A stretch of DNA of 63,693 nucleotides, filler included. It is 7 parts of 7 records of this genome, joined end to end, with 100 filler letters (N's around TTAATTAATTAA, not from the genome) between each part and the next. Parts side by side here need not be neighbours in the genome. Positions count along the whole stretch, not along the records: positions 19,325 to 40,096 come from SRR31147125_866; positions 40,197 to 47,646 come from SRR31147125_871; 5 more parts are not named here. The stretch is one strand, 5' to 3'. Position 1 is the first letter of the stretch. Every line of letters starts with the position of its first letter. Below the pieces are notes generated by a model. It saw only the letters and a program-made list of their open reading frames with translations, did not search any database and had not been told where the DNA came from. A program made the position numbers and the translations under genes. This document shows positions 31,146 through 40,362 of the stretch, piece after piece.

Positions 31146-32054
31146 ATGAGTACAAAACATGGTGGAGTTTGGCCTACAATGATAGCCGCTTTTGATGAAC
31201 AAGGGAATTTAGATTTTAAAGCTAATGAAGAAATTACAGATTATTTTATTAAAAATGGATGTGATGGACTATTTGCGGTTTGTCAATCATCAGAGATGTT
31301 TTTCTTAAATTTAGAAGAAAAGGTAGCCCTTGCAGAATGTATTGTAAAAGCAGCAGATGGAAGAGTTCCCGTTATAGCATCAGGACATACGTCTGAAAAC
31401 ATTGATGATCAGATTAAAGAATTGGAAGCTATATCAAAAACTGGTGTTGATGCAGTGATATTAGTAAGTAATAGACTTGCAAAAGAAAATGAGGGAAGTG
31501 AAGTATTAATAAACAATCTAAAGACTATATTGGAAGCTCTACCAGATGTGACGTTTGGAATATATGAGTGTCCATTTCCATATAGAAGATTAATAACTGA
31601 TGAAGAGCTAAAATGGTGTGCAGAATCAGGTAGAATCACTTTCTTAAAAGACGTAAGTTGTGACATAGAGATTGAAAAGCCGCGTGTAAAAATAGCAGAA
31701 GGAAGTAAATTAAAATTATTTAATGCAAATACAGAAACTTTATTAGATTCATTAATAGCAGGTTACGATGGTTACAATGGAGTAATGGGGAATTTCCATA
31801 TTGATATATATAAATGGTTATTTGAAAACTTTGAAGAACAACCAGAATTAGCAAGAGAACTGCAAAATGAGCTTACAAGAGTGGGACAAATAGAGGAGAT
31901 GGGATATCCTGTAAATGCAAAATATCATATGCAGCTACATGATATTAATATGAAACTTTATTCTAGAAGACTATCTCAAGATACATTTACTCAAGAGCAA
32001 AAAGATGAAGTTGCAAAATTAATTAAATGGGAAAAAGAAACTAAAAAAAGTTAG
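31146..32054 (+). CDS. DapA/NanA (DHDPS/NAL) family class I aldolase
   Basis: TIM-barrel pattern; atypical VCQSSE (for GxxGE), IYECP Tyr, FLKDVS Schiff-base Lys. Confidence 0.88.
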   Translation: MSTKHGGVWPTMIAAFDEQGNLDFKANEEITDYFIKNGCDGLFAVCQSSEMFFLNLEEKVALAECIVKAADGRVPVIASGHTSENIDDQIKELEAISKTGVDAVILVSNRLAKENEGSEVLINNLKTILEALPDVTFGIYECPFPYRRLITDEELKWCAESGRITFLKDVSCDIEIEKPRVKIAEGSKLKLFNANTETLLDSLIAGYDGYNGVMGNFHIDIYKWLFENFEEQPELARELQNELTRVGQIEEMGYPVNAKYHMQLHDINMKLYSRRLSQDTFTQEQKDEVAKLIKWEKETKKS

Positions 32055-32222
32055 GAATTTAAATTAAATATTTATAATAGTGAGTATTATATAAAATAAA
32101 GAAATGAAAATATTTATCACAAAATGATGGATTATTCATTTCTTTATTTGCTTTAAATATTATAAAGGATTTTAATTATTAAAATTCGAAACAAAAAATT
32201 TTTCAAGGGGGCTTAGTAAAAA

Positions 32223-33986
32223 ATGAAAAAACCAAAAATAGGAATCAGACCAATTATTGATGGACGTAGATTAGGAATAAGAGAAAGTTTGGAAGAAAAA
32301 ACAATGAATATGGCTCTTGCGGCAAAACACCTTATTGAAGAACAACTTCGTTATGCAGATGGAACATCAGTAGAGTGTGTTATCGCTCCAACGACTATAG
32401 GAGGAGGGAAAGAAGCCGCAGAATGCTCGGAGTTTTTTTCTACTCAAAATGTATGTGCGACATTATCTGTAACGCCATGCTGGTGTTATGGAAGTGAGAC
32501 TATGGATATTGATCCTCTAACGATAAAAGCGGTATGGGGGTTCAATGGAACAGAGAGACCTGGAGCTGTTTACTTAGCGGCGGTTATGGGAGCTCATGCA
32601 CAAATGGGTTTACCTGCATTTTCTATTTATGGAAAAGATGTACAGGATTTAAATGATGATAGCATTCCGACAGATGTTTCCGAAAAAATATTAAGCTTTG
32701 CTAGAAGTGCAGTTGCTGTAGGGCAAATACGTGAAAAAGCTTATGTAAATATAGGTAGTGTTTCTATGGGAATTAGTGGCTCAAATTGTGATGCTAATTT
32801 TCTTCAAAAATATCTAGGATTAAGAGCAGAATGGGTAGACATGACAGAAGTTCTTAGGCGAATAAAATTAAATATATTTGATTCTAAAGAGTATGAAAAA
32901 GCATTAGCATGGACAAAAGAGTTTTGTAAAGAGGGCTTTGATAAAAATAAAACACCTCGTACCAAAGAAGAGAAAGAAGAGGAATGGAAATTCGTTGTTA
33001 AAGTTAGTTTAATTTGTAAAGATATTATGTTAGGAAATGAAGCACTTGCAGAAATAGGATTTGAAGAGGAAGCAAATGGAAGAAACGGTATTGTTGGAGG
33101 TTTCCAAGGTCAAAGAATGTGGTCAGATTGGCAGCCAAATACTGATTTTACAGAAGCAATTTTAAATACAACATTTGACTGGAACGGAAAAAAACAGCCA
33201 ACAATTTTTGCAACAGAAAATGATGGTTTGAATGGAATTTCTATGCTGTTTGGACACCTATTAACTGGTAGTGCTAGCGTTTTTGCTGATGTAAGAACTT
33301 ATTGGAGTCCAGAGTCTGTTGAACGAGTAACTGGAGAGAAACTTTCTGGTATCGCTTCAAATGGATTTATTCATTTAATTAATTCAGGTGCAGCAGCTTT
33401 GGATGCTTGCGGAGAAGTCAAAGATGCAGAAGGTAAAAACATAATGAAACCATGGTGGGATATGGAGGAAAAAGATATAGATGCATGTATAGATGCAACT
33501 GATTGGTGTCCTGCAGATTTACAATATTTTAGAGGTGGAGGATTCTCGTCTCATTTTAATACTAATGCAGAGATGCCAGTTACTATGATGAGAATTAATT
33601 TAATAGAGGGATTAGGGCCAGTGCTTCAAATAGCTGAAGGCTATACAGTAGTTTTACCTGAAAAAATACATACAATTTTAGAAAAACGAACTGATCCTAC
33701 TTGGCCTACAACTTGGTTTGTACCTAAATTATCAAAAGAAAATACTGCTTTTACTGATGTATACTCTGTAATGGCTAACTGGGGCTCTAATCATTGTAGT
33801 CTTTCATATGGCCATATAGGAAAAGATTTGATAACATTAGCTTCGATGCTTAGAATTCCTGTATCAATGCATAATGTAGATACAAAAGAAATATTTAGAC
33901 CTCATGCTTGGGCAGCTTTTGGAACGCAAGATTCACAGAATGCTGATTATAATGCGTGTAAAACTTATGGGCCTATTTATAAATAA
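32223..33986 (+). CDS. fucI: L-fucose/D-arabinose isomerase
   Basis: IGIRPIIDGRR, TPCWCYGSET, NGTERPGAVYLAA, FQGQR, ATEND, DVRTYWSP, PTWPTTWF, WGSNH. Confidence 0.97.
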   Translation: MKKPKIGIRPIIDGRRLGIRESLEEKTMNMALAAKHLIEEQLRYADGTSVECVIAPTTIGGGKEAAECSEFFSTQNVCATLSVTPCWCYGSETMDIDPLTIKAVWGFNGTERPGAVYLAAVMGAHAQMGLPAFSIYGKDVQDLNDDSIPTDVSEKILSFARSAVAVGQIREKAYVNIGSVSMGISGSNCDANFLQKYLGLRAEWVDMTEVLRRIKLNIFDSKEYEKALAWTKEFCKEGFDKNKTPRTKEEKEEEWKFVVKVSLICKDIMLGNEALAEIGFEEEANGRNGIVGGFQGQRMWSDWQPNTDFTEAILNTTFDWNGKKQPTIFATENDGLNGISMLFGHLLTGSASVFADVRTYWSPESVERVTGEKLSGIASNGFIHLINSGAAALDACGEVKDAEGKNIMKPWWDMEEKDIDACIDATDWCPADLQYFRGGGFSSHFNTNAEMPVTMMRINLIEGLGPVLQIAEGYTVVLPEKIHTILEKRTDPTWPTTWFVPKLSKENTAFTDVYSVMANWGSNHCSLSYGHIGKDLITLASMLRIPVSMHNVDTKEIFRPHAWAAFGTQDSQNADYNACKTYGPIYK

Positions 33987-34022
33987 GATTTTGGATTTCA
34001 TAAAAATCAAAAAGGAGAAAAG

Positions 34023-35636
34023 ATGGCTTATTATATTGGAATAGATGTTGGAACAGGAAGTGTTCGAATTGGAATATTTGACGACAAAGGTGAGATGGTA
34101 ATTACCAAAAAACAGGATACTAAAACTTGGAGTTATGCTGAAGTTTATAAAGAGCAATCTTCCGAAGATATCTGGAGTAAAATATGTATATCTATAAAGG
34201 AAGCAATAGCAGAAAGCAAGATAGAACCTAAGGATGTAAATGGAATAGGGATAGATGCAACGTGTTCTTTAGTTGCAATAGATAAAGATGGAAATCCTGT
34301 TAGTTTAAGTAAAACTGGGGGAAAGGAAAGAAACATAATTTTGTGGATGGATCATAGAGCAGAAGTAGAGACTCAAAAGATTAATAGCAGTAAAAGTGAA
34401 GTCCTTAAATATGTAGGTGGAAAAATTTCTGTAGAGATGGAGATACCTAAACTATTATGGATAAAAAATAATCTGAGAAAAAGTTTTGATGAAACAAAAT
34501 ATTTTTTCGATTTGCCTGATTATTTGGTTTATAAAGCTTCTGGAAAAAATGTTCGTTCAACTTGCTCATTAACTTGTAAATGGACATATTTGAGTTATGA
34601 AAAAAAATGGGATGAAGAATTCTTTAAGGAGATAAACTTAGAGGAAATATTAGAAAATAATGCAGAAAAAATTGGAAATGTTATTGACGATATAGGCTCG
34701 ATTGCAGGTTATCTCAGTGAAGAGTCTGCAAAAGAGATGGGGCTTGTAGCTGGAACAGCTGTAGGTGTTTCTATGATAGACGCCCATGCAGGTGGAGTTG
34801 GAGTACTAGGTATAGACTTAGATAAAAACGAGGACTTAAATAAAAGAATTGCCTTGATAAGTGGAACTTCAAATTGCCATATGGCAGTGTCAAATGAACC
34901 TAGATTCATAAATGGTGTATGGGGGCCATATTATTCTGCAATGCTTCCAAAGATGTGGTTGACAGAAGGTGGACAATCCGCAGCAGGATTACTTGTAGAT
35001 CACATTATAAAGACGCATCCAGCATATGCCGAATTGCTAAATTTATCAAAACAATTTAATACCAGTATTTATGAAATATTAAATGAAAAATTATATGGAA
35101 TGGTTGATGAAGGAGAAAACTTAGAATATTTAACAAGAGATTTTCATATATTGCCATATTTTCATGGGAATCGTTCTCCGCGAGCTGATTCGACCCTGAA
35201 AGGAACGATTTATGGCTTAACACTAAATTCTTCTATAGAAAACTTAGTCCTTATGTATTTAGCAACAATTCAAGCAGTTGCATATGGAACAAGGCATATC
35301 ATTGAAGAGTTAAATACTAGTGGATACAATATAGATGAGATTTATATGACAGGTGGAGGAACTAAAAACCCTTTACTTTTACAAATTCATGCGAATGTAA
35401 CAGCTTGCAAAATTATATTAGCAAAAGAAAGTGAAGCAGTATTGCTCGGTGCGTCAATACTTGGTGCAGTAGCTTCCAAAGATGTTGATGACATCTTTGA
35501 TGGAATGAAAAAAATGTCATCAAAGGGCGAAGAAATTTTACCTGATTTAACAACAAAGAGTTATCACGATAAAAAATATTTAGTTTTCAAAGAAATGTAT
35601 AACTCACAAATGAAGTATAGAGAAATAATGAAGTAA
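34023..35636 (+). CDS. FGGY-family pentulose kinase (D-ribulokinase-like)
   Basis: IDVGTGSVR, LWMDHRA, EMEIPKLLW, FFDLPDYL, IDAHAG, GVWGPY, EGGQSA, FHGNRSP. Confidence 0.9.
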   Translation: MAYYIGIDVGTGSVRIGIFDDKGEMVITKKQDTKTWSYAEVYKEQSSEDIWSKICISIKEAIAESKIEPKDVNGIGIDATCSLVAIDKDGNPVSLSKTGGKERNIILWMDHRAEVETQKINSSKSEVLKYVGGKISVEMEIPKLLWIKNNLRKSFDETKYFFDLPDYLVYKASGKNVRSTCSLTCKWTYLSYEKKWDEEFFKEINLEEILENNAEKIGNVIDDIGSIAGYLSEESAKEMGLVAGTAVGVSMIDAHAGGVGVLGIDLDKNEDLNKRIALISGTSNCHMAVSNEPRFINGVWGPYYSAMLPKMWLTEGGQSAAGLLVDHIIKTHPAYAELLNLSKQFNTSIYEILNEKLYGMVDEGENLEYLTRDFHILPYFHGNRSPRADSTLKGTIYGLTLNSSIENLVLMYLATIQAVAYGTRHIIEELNTSGYNIDEIYMTGGGTKNPLLLQIHANVTACKIILAKESEAVLLGASILGAVASKDVDDIFDGMKKMSSKGEEILPDLTTKSYHDKKYLVFKEMYNSQMKYREIMK

Positions 35637-35640
35637 TAAG

Positions 35641-35676
35641 AAAGGCCTCTAGAAACTTAGTTCTAGAAGCCTTTTT
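35641..35676. terminator. Bidirectional terminator
   Basis: AAAGGC-CTCTAGAA...TTCTAGAA-GCCTTT between convergent operons. Confidence 0.75.
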
Positions 35677-35697
35677 GATAATTTTTACAAAATACTT

Positions 35698-36411
35698 TTA
35701 TCTTCTTCTTCTCATTTTAAAACTAAATATATCGTTTCTTAAATAATCAAATGAGTATAACACTGGAATATTATTAATTGTATAATGTAGCTGTTTGATT
35801 AACATAACCCTTTTTTCTTCAGGTGTATGAAGTTTCCGGGCTGAAATATCGTCAATATCTGCTACACAAAACTCGGAATTTGCGCATAAAATTTCCATAT
35901 CACAGTTAAGTTCTAAAAATTTAAATAAAGAACCGGAAAACTTGTGTTCTTTAAAAGCTTTACCACATAAAGAATATGGCATGTAGTTAATAGAATAAGC
36001 AATTGCTTCATTGTTAGCAATTCGAAATCGTTTGAATTTTATTACCTTTTCACCAACTTGAATATTAAGAGCATTTGCTACTTCTTCATCTGCCTCAACA
36101 AAATTAAGACTTTCCTGTCTTTCACTCTCAATAAAGCCAGCCTTTCTAATCATACTACCTGTACTTTCAAGTTTATCTAAGTTACTCCCTATTTTAGGTA
36201 ATGATGGGACAACATATGTCCCTGAACCATGTTTAATGTACAGCTTACCTTCCTCTTGCAGTTTTTTGACAGCTGCCCGATATGTTGTTCTGCTTACCTT
36301 AAAATATTTTGCCATTGATATTTCGGATGGGAGTTTTTCATTTATCTTAAACTTTTTATTTTGAATCATTTGATCAAGTTCTGTAACGATGTTTTCTATG
36401 TTTTTACTCAT
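35698..36411 (-). CDS. GntR (HutC/UTRA) family regulator
   Basis: KLPSEISMAKYFKVSRTTYRAA...HGSGTYV plus UTRA-like C-terminus. Confidence 0.92.
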   Translation of the reverse strand: MSKNIENIVTELDQMIQNKKFKINEKLPSEISMAKYFKVSRTTYRAAVKKLQEEGKLYIKHGSGTYVVPSLPKIGSNLDKLESTGSMIRKAGFIESERQESLNFVEADEEVANALNIQVGEKVIKFKRFRIANNEAIAYSINYMPYSLCGKAFKEHKFSGSLFKFLELNCDMEILCANSEFCVADIDDISARKLHTPEEKRVMLIKQLHYTINNIPVLYSFDYLRNDIFSFKMRRRR

Positions 36412-36437
36412 AACTTCTCCTAAAAAAACTGTTTATT

Positions 36438-37409
36438 TTAATTTTTTATTATTTTTAACTTAGTTTCAACAATGCCTTTATTATTCTCTACTAACTCTAG
36501 TCTTATTATACTATGTTCATTAAAACTATCATCAGTATAATAGATTTCAGCATTAGAGTACGCCTCTACTTTTTCATCTATAAAATCATGTGGAAGATTA
36601 TATTTACCAAAAGAATCTGCACTAATAATGAAGTATTTTGGATTAATAGTTTCAAGTAAATCTTTACTAATACAGTAAGCATCACCATGATGTGGTGACT
36701 GCATAATCATTGTATCAGCTATGTCTTCTTCATAATTATTCCAAAAACTAATTGGTGCGTCTGAACTTATTAATGCTATATTTTGCTTATCTTTTTTTAA
36801 TGAAACAGCTAAAGTACTATTGTTTAACATTCTATCAATTTTAACTAATTCCTCTTGGTTAGCAAAAGGATCAATATCATTTAATGTTAAAATTGAGAGT
36901 CTTCTAGATACTTCATTTAGTATTTCACTTTTAGGGGTAAAAAATTTAATATACCATTTGTCAATTTTAATCTCACTCGCTAGAAGAACTGTATTGATAA
37001 CTATATTTTTATCATTTAATTTCTTTAAGATACTTTTATAAATACTTAATGATGTTAAAAAAGGTGTGTAGTAACATTCAAAATTGCTATTAATAAATTT
37101 TTGGTTTAATGGAATATTTAGAATAACCTCCTTAATCTCAATATTATTGAGAACACGATATAAACCACCAATATGATCTACATGAAAATGAGTTAATATG
37201 ACTAAATCAATTTTTATTATATTATTTTTTTCAATATATTCTTCTAAACTAATTCGGCATTCTCTTTTTTCATAAGTAGATTTATCGAAATCGCCACAGT
37301 CAACTAATATTCTGAATACACCATTTTTTGTATTTAAATTTAAGAATGTACATTCACCAAATCCAACATTTAAAAAATCTATATAACTTTTAATTTTAGA
37401 CACCTCCAA
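36438..37409 (-). CDS. Metallo-beta-lactamase fold hydrolase (ComEC/Rec2-like MBL domain only)
   Basis: FLNVGFGEC, LVDCG, THFHVDHIGG, NNST, SPHHG. Confidence 0.85.
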   Translation of the reverse strand: MEVSKIKSYIDFLNVGFGECTFLNLNTKNGVFRILVDCGDFDKSTYEKRECRISLEEYIEKNNIIKIDLVILTHFHVDHIGGLYRVLNNIEIKEVILNIPLNQKFINSNFECYYTPFLTSLSIYKSILKKLNDKNIVINTVLLASEIKIDKWYIKFFTPKSEILNEVSRRLSILTLNDIDPFANQEELVKIDRMLNNSTLAVSLKKDKQNIALISSDAPISFWNNYEEDIADTMIMQSPHHGDAYCISKDLLETINPKYFIISADSFGKYNLPHDFIDEKVEAYSNAEIYYTDDSFNEHSIIRLELVENNKGIVETKLKIIKN

Positions 37410-37432
37410 CCTTGTTTTGAGTAAGATTGTTT

Positions 37433-38302
37433 TTAATTTTTATTCGTTTCAAAAGCCTTCTTCACATACAGCATTGAGATAATAAGTACAATAAACGCCA
37501 TAATTAATGAAGCAGCACTACTATATCCTATCTTTAAATTAAATATACCATTAATATAGATAAATTGGGTAATTGTAGTTGTTGAATTAGCAGGTCCCCC
37601 CTTAGTAAGTATGTTAACTTTATCAAAAAGCCTAAATGTATCAATAGTTCTGAGTAGAACAACTAACATGATTCCTGGCATTATATTTGGAAGAGTTATA
37701 TACCAGAATTTATTCCATGAGCTGGCGCCATCTATTTCAGCAGCCTCATATTGGTCTTTTGGAACAGTTAAGAGGTTAGCATATATTAACAAAAAGGCAA
37801 AAGGTGTCCATTGCCATACATCTATGGCGAGAATTGCATAAAAGGCTGTTCTGACATCCATTAACCAGTTAACAGGCCCAATTCCGATATAGCCTAGTAA
37901 TTGATTAATAATTCCGTTATTGTTACTAAACATCATTTGCCATATTAATGCAACAGTTACTGGTGGTAATAGAGATGGAAGTAACAACACAATTCTTAAG
38001 ATTTTAGCTTTTTTATTGAAACTCTCTACAAATACGGCAAGAGCTAAACCAAGTAAAATCTCAATAATAACTGCTAAAAGCATAAACTTTATTGTATTAA
38101 ATAATGATCTAATAAATAAGTTGTTTTTTAAAATATTTATATAATTTTCAATTCCAATAAATTTTTTTGGACTTAAAGCTAAGTAGTAGTAATCAGTAAA
38201 ACTATAATAAATTGTATAAGCTAATGGGAAAATTGTCAAACAAGCTAAAATAATAACAGTTGGTGTAATCATTGCATGTTGAAATTTAATTTTTTTAATC
38301 AT
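37433..38302 (-). CDS. Carbohydrate ABC transporter permease (MalF-like)
   Basis: DVWQWTPF, YEAAEIDGAS EAA motif, LTKGGP. Confidence 0.95.
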   Translation of the reverse strand: MIKKIKFQHAMITPTVIILACLTIFPLAYTIYYSFTDYYYLALSPKKFIGIENYINILKNNLFIRSLFNTIKFMLLAVIIEILLGLALAVFVESFNKKAKILRIVLLLPSLLPPVTVALIWQMMFSNNNGIINQLLGYIGIGPVNWLMDVRTAFYAILAIDVWQWTPFAFLLIYANLLTVPKDQYEAAEIDGASSWNKFWYITLPNIMPGIMLVVLLRTIDTFRLFDKVNILTKGGPANSTTTITQFIYINGIFNLKIGYSSAASLIMAFIVLIISMLYVKKAFETNKN

Positions 38303-38339
38303 AATTTACCTCTTTCGTTCTCTATAGTTGGATAATAAA

Positions 38340-38375
38340 TTGGTGGAGTAAACTCCGAATGGTTTACTCCACCAA
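38340..38375 (-). promoter_or_regulatory. Intercistronic hairpin after the ABC binding-protein gene
   Basis: TTGGTGGAGTAAAC / GTTTACTCCACCAA 14-bp inverted repeat. Confidence 0.65.
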
Positions 38376-38463
38376 ATAGGAGAACTAACAAAATATCGAT
38401 CTATTTATTCTAAGTTATTCTAAATGATAACTTTACTTCTACTTTAATACTGAATTATTTTAC

Positions 38464-39705
38464 TTATTTCATGATATTGTTAATTTGGATTTTAGCAGCT
38501 GCTAAAGCATCTTCTGCTGATTTTTTACCAGCAATAACTTCTGATAATTCTGCTCCAAATGCTGTTTCAACTTGAGACCACTTTGGAGTTCTAGGTCTAG
38601 CTACAGAGTTTTCGAGAGATCTTAATTGAGTTGGGAAGTGTTTGTATTTAGCTTTCAAAGTGTCGTCTAAATAAACGCTTTTTCTAGTTGGAACTCCACC
38701 AAAATCAACCATTTTCTTTTGTGATTCTGCACTAGTTACAAATACTAAGAATTTAGCTGCTAACTCTTTATTCTGCGAGTTAGATGTAACTCCCATCATC
38801 CAGTTACCAATCATACCAGTTTCTTGTGTTTTTGAACTTTTCATAGCTCTACCTGGTATAGGCATATATTCTGCACTTGAACTATCGCCAGAAATGTACC
38901 ATGATGGCCATCCAAGTGACATTGCAGCTTTACCATCAGCAACAGAGCTAACTATATCAGATTTATCGTAGTTTGCCCCTGCATGATATAGAGCAACGTA
39001 TGCTTCTAATGCTGCTACAGCCTCAGGAGAATCTACAGTTGCGTTCCAGCTTGAATCAAATACTTTTGCTCCGTATGACCAGAATACAGGCAGGAAATCC
39101 GAAACAATTGGATTACCCTGTTGACCTCTAATAAGGTATCCCACTTTTCCTTTTTTACTGTTTACTTCTTCAGCAATCTCAATAACCTCTTCCCATGATT
39201 TAGGCTCATTAAAGTTACCTGATTTGAATATCTCTTTATTGTAGAAAAACAGTTGAACATTTCCAGCAAATGGTAGTGCATAAAGCTCACCACTTGCATA
39301 AGGATATTTTCCTAAATTTAGAGATGCTGGAACGAAATCAGCGTCTGCACTTACGTTGTAGTCAGATAGTTTAGCGAAAACCTTAGCTTTAGCCAACTCT
39401 GGCATCCATGGATCATCAGCCATAATTAAATCGTAATTCCCTTTTTTATTCTTTGTATCTAATGCGATTTTTTGCTTTAAATCTCCACCTTCTAAACCAA
39501 GGATTTCAATTTCACAATTATTTTCAGCCTCAAATGTAGCTTTTACCGCTTCCATTGCTTTTACATGAGATCCACCTCTCGCAGCAATTACAAGTTTAGT
39601 TGGCTCGTTTGATTTCTTTTTAGATAAGAAACTAAAAATACCAGCCTCTGCAGTGATAAACATTCCAATTAAAACACCTAACAAAAGTACCAATCTCTTT
39701 TTCAT
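38464..39705 (-). CDS. Sugar ABC transporter substrate-binding protein
   Basis: Sec signal ending AEA; YDLIMADDPW, LYALPF..N.QLFFYNK, GKAAM, RPRTPKW. Confidence 0.92.
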   Translation of the reverse strand: MKKRLVLLLGVLIGMFITAEAGIFSFLSKKKSNEPTKLVIAARGGSHVKAMEAVKATFEAENNCEIEILGLEGGDLKQKIALDTKNKKGNYDLIMADDPWMPELAKAKVFAKLSDYNVSADADFVPASLNLGKYPYASGELYALPFAGNVQLFFYNKEIFKSGNFNEPKSWEEVIEIAEEVNSKKGKVGYLIRGQQGNPIVSDFLPVFWSYGAKVFDSSWNATVDSPEAVAALEAYVALYHAGANYDKSDIVSSVADGKAAMSLGWPSWYISGDSSSAEYMPIPGRAMKSSKTQETGMIGNWMMGVTSNSQNKELAAKFLVFVTSAESQKKMVDFGGVPTRKSVYLDDTLKAKYKHFPTQLRSLENSVARPRTPKWSQVETAFGAELSEVIAGKKSAEDALAAAKIQINNIMK

Positions 39706-39841
39706 TTTTTCTTCCTCCTGTTAGTCAATTGATAAGAAGAAATTATGCATTAAAACTCTTGTTTGTTTTAAGTGCCTGATTTTCCTTGATTCAATTAACT
39801 TTAATTTTATTTTTACCGCCCAATACTGACAGCTTGCTGAT

Positions 39842-40096
39842 TTATTCTTTTACAGAACCGGCAGTTAAACCACTAATCAAATATTTTTGCATAAACACCG
39901 TTGTTAGAGTTACAGGTATAAGTGAAATCAAGCCACCACTTGCAACTTTGCCCCATTCTATCAATTCCTGCTCACTATTTAATGTTGCTAACTTTAATGG
40001 TATAGTGAAGCTCTTTGGGCTTTGAACAAATATTACTCCGTATAGATACTCATTCCATGATGCCATAAATGAGAAGATTGTAACAGCAGCTATTCC
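39842..40096 (-). CDS. Carbohydrate ABC permease (MalG-like), C-terminal fragment
   Basis: SWNEYLY...TIPL...QKYLISGLTAGSVKE. Confidence 0.92.
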   Translation of the reverse strand, partial: GIAAVTIFSFMASWNEYLYGVIFVQSPKSFTIPLKLATLNSEQELIEWGKVASGGLISLIPVTLTTVFMQKYLISGLTAGSVKE

Positions 40097-40196
40097 NNNN
40101 NNNNNNNNNNNNNNNNNNNNNNNNNNNNNNNNNNNNNNNNTTAATTAATTAANNNNNNNNNNNNNNNNNNNNNNNNNNNNNNNNNNNNNNNNNNNN
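40097..40196. other. Artificial contig linker
   Basis: N44-TTAATTAATTAA-N44. Confidence 0.99.
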
Positions 40197-40309
40197 CCAG
40201 GGCTATTATATTGCGCACCTACGGTGTGTTTTTAAATAAAAGAATTACCAATTATTTAATTTCATTAATTGCGCTTGCACTAAAAAATTTAGGTAAAAAA
40301 TACATTACA

Positions 40310-40340
40310 AAAAAAGCCTATCCGTAACGAATAGGCTTTT
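40310..40340 (-). terminator. Terminator downstream of the TonB-dependent receptor
   Basis: AAAAGCCTAT...ATAGGCTTTT. Confidence 0.75.
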
Positions 40341-40362
40341 GCACAAAAAATAAATCTATATT

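Noticed and set aside
32223-35636. Standard L-fucose utilisation operon
   Set aside because: No fuculokinase, fuculose-phosphate aldolase, mutarotase or FucP in the operon; the kinase is of the D-ribulokinase type
36438-37409. Competence protein ComEC or antibiotic-resistance beta-lactamase
   Set aside because: Only the soluble MBL domain is present, without membrane domain or signal peptide, inside a sugar ABC operon
40197-40230. REP-like element (CCAGGGCTATTATATTGCGCACCTACGGTG) at contig edge
   Set aside because: Single truncated copy with no RAYT transposase on the contig; cannot be supported here
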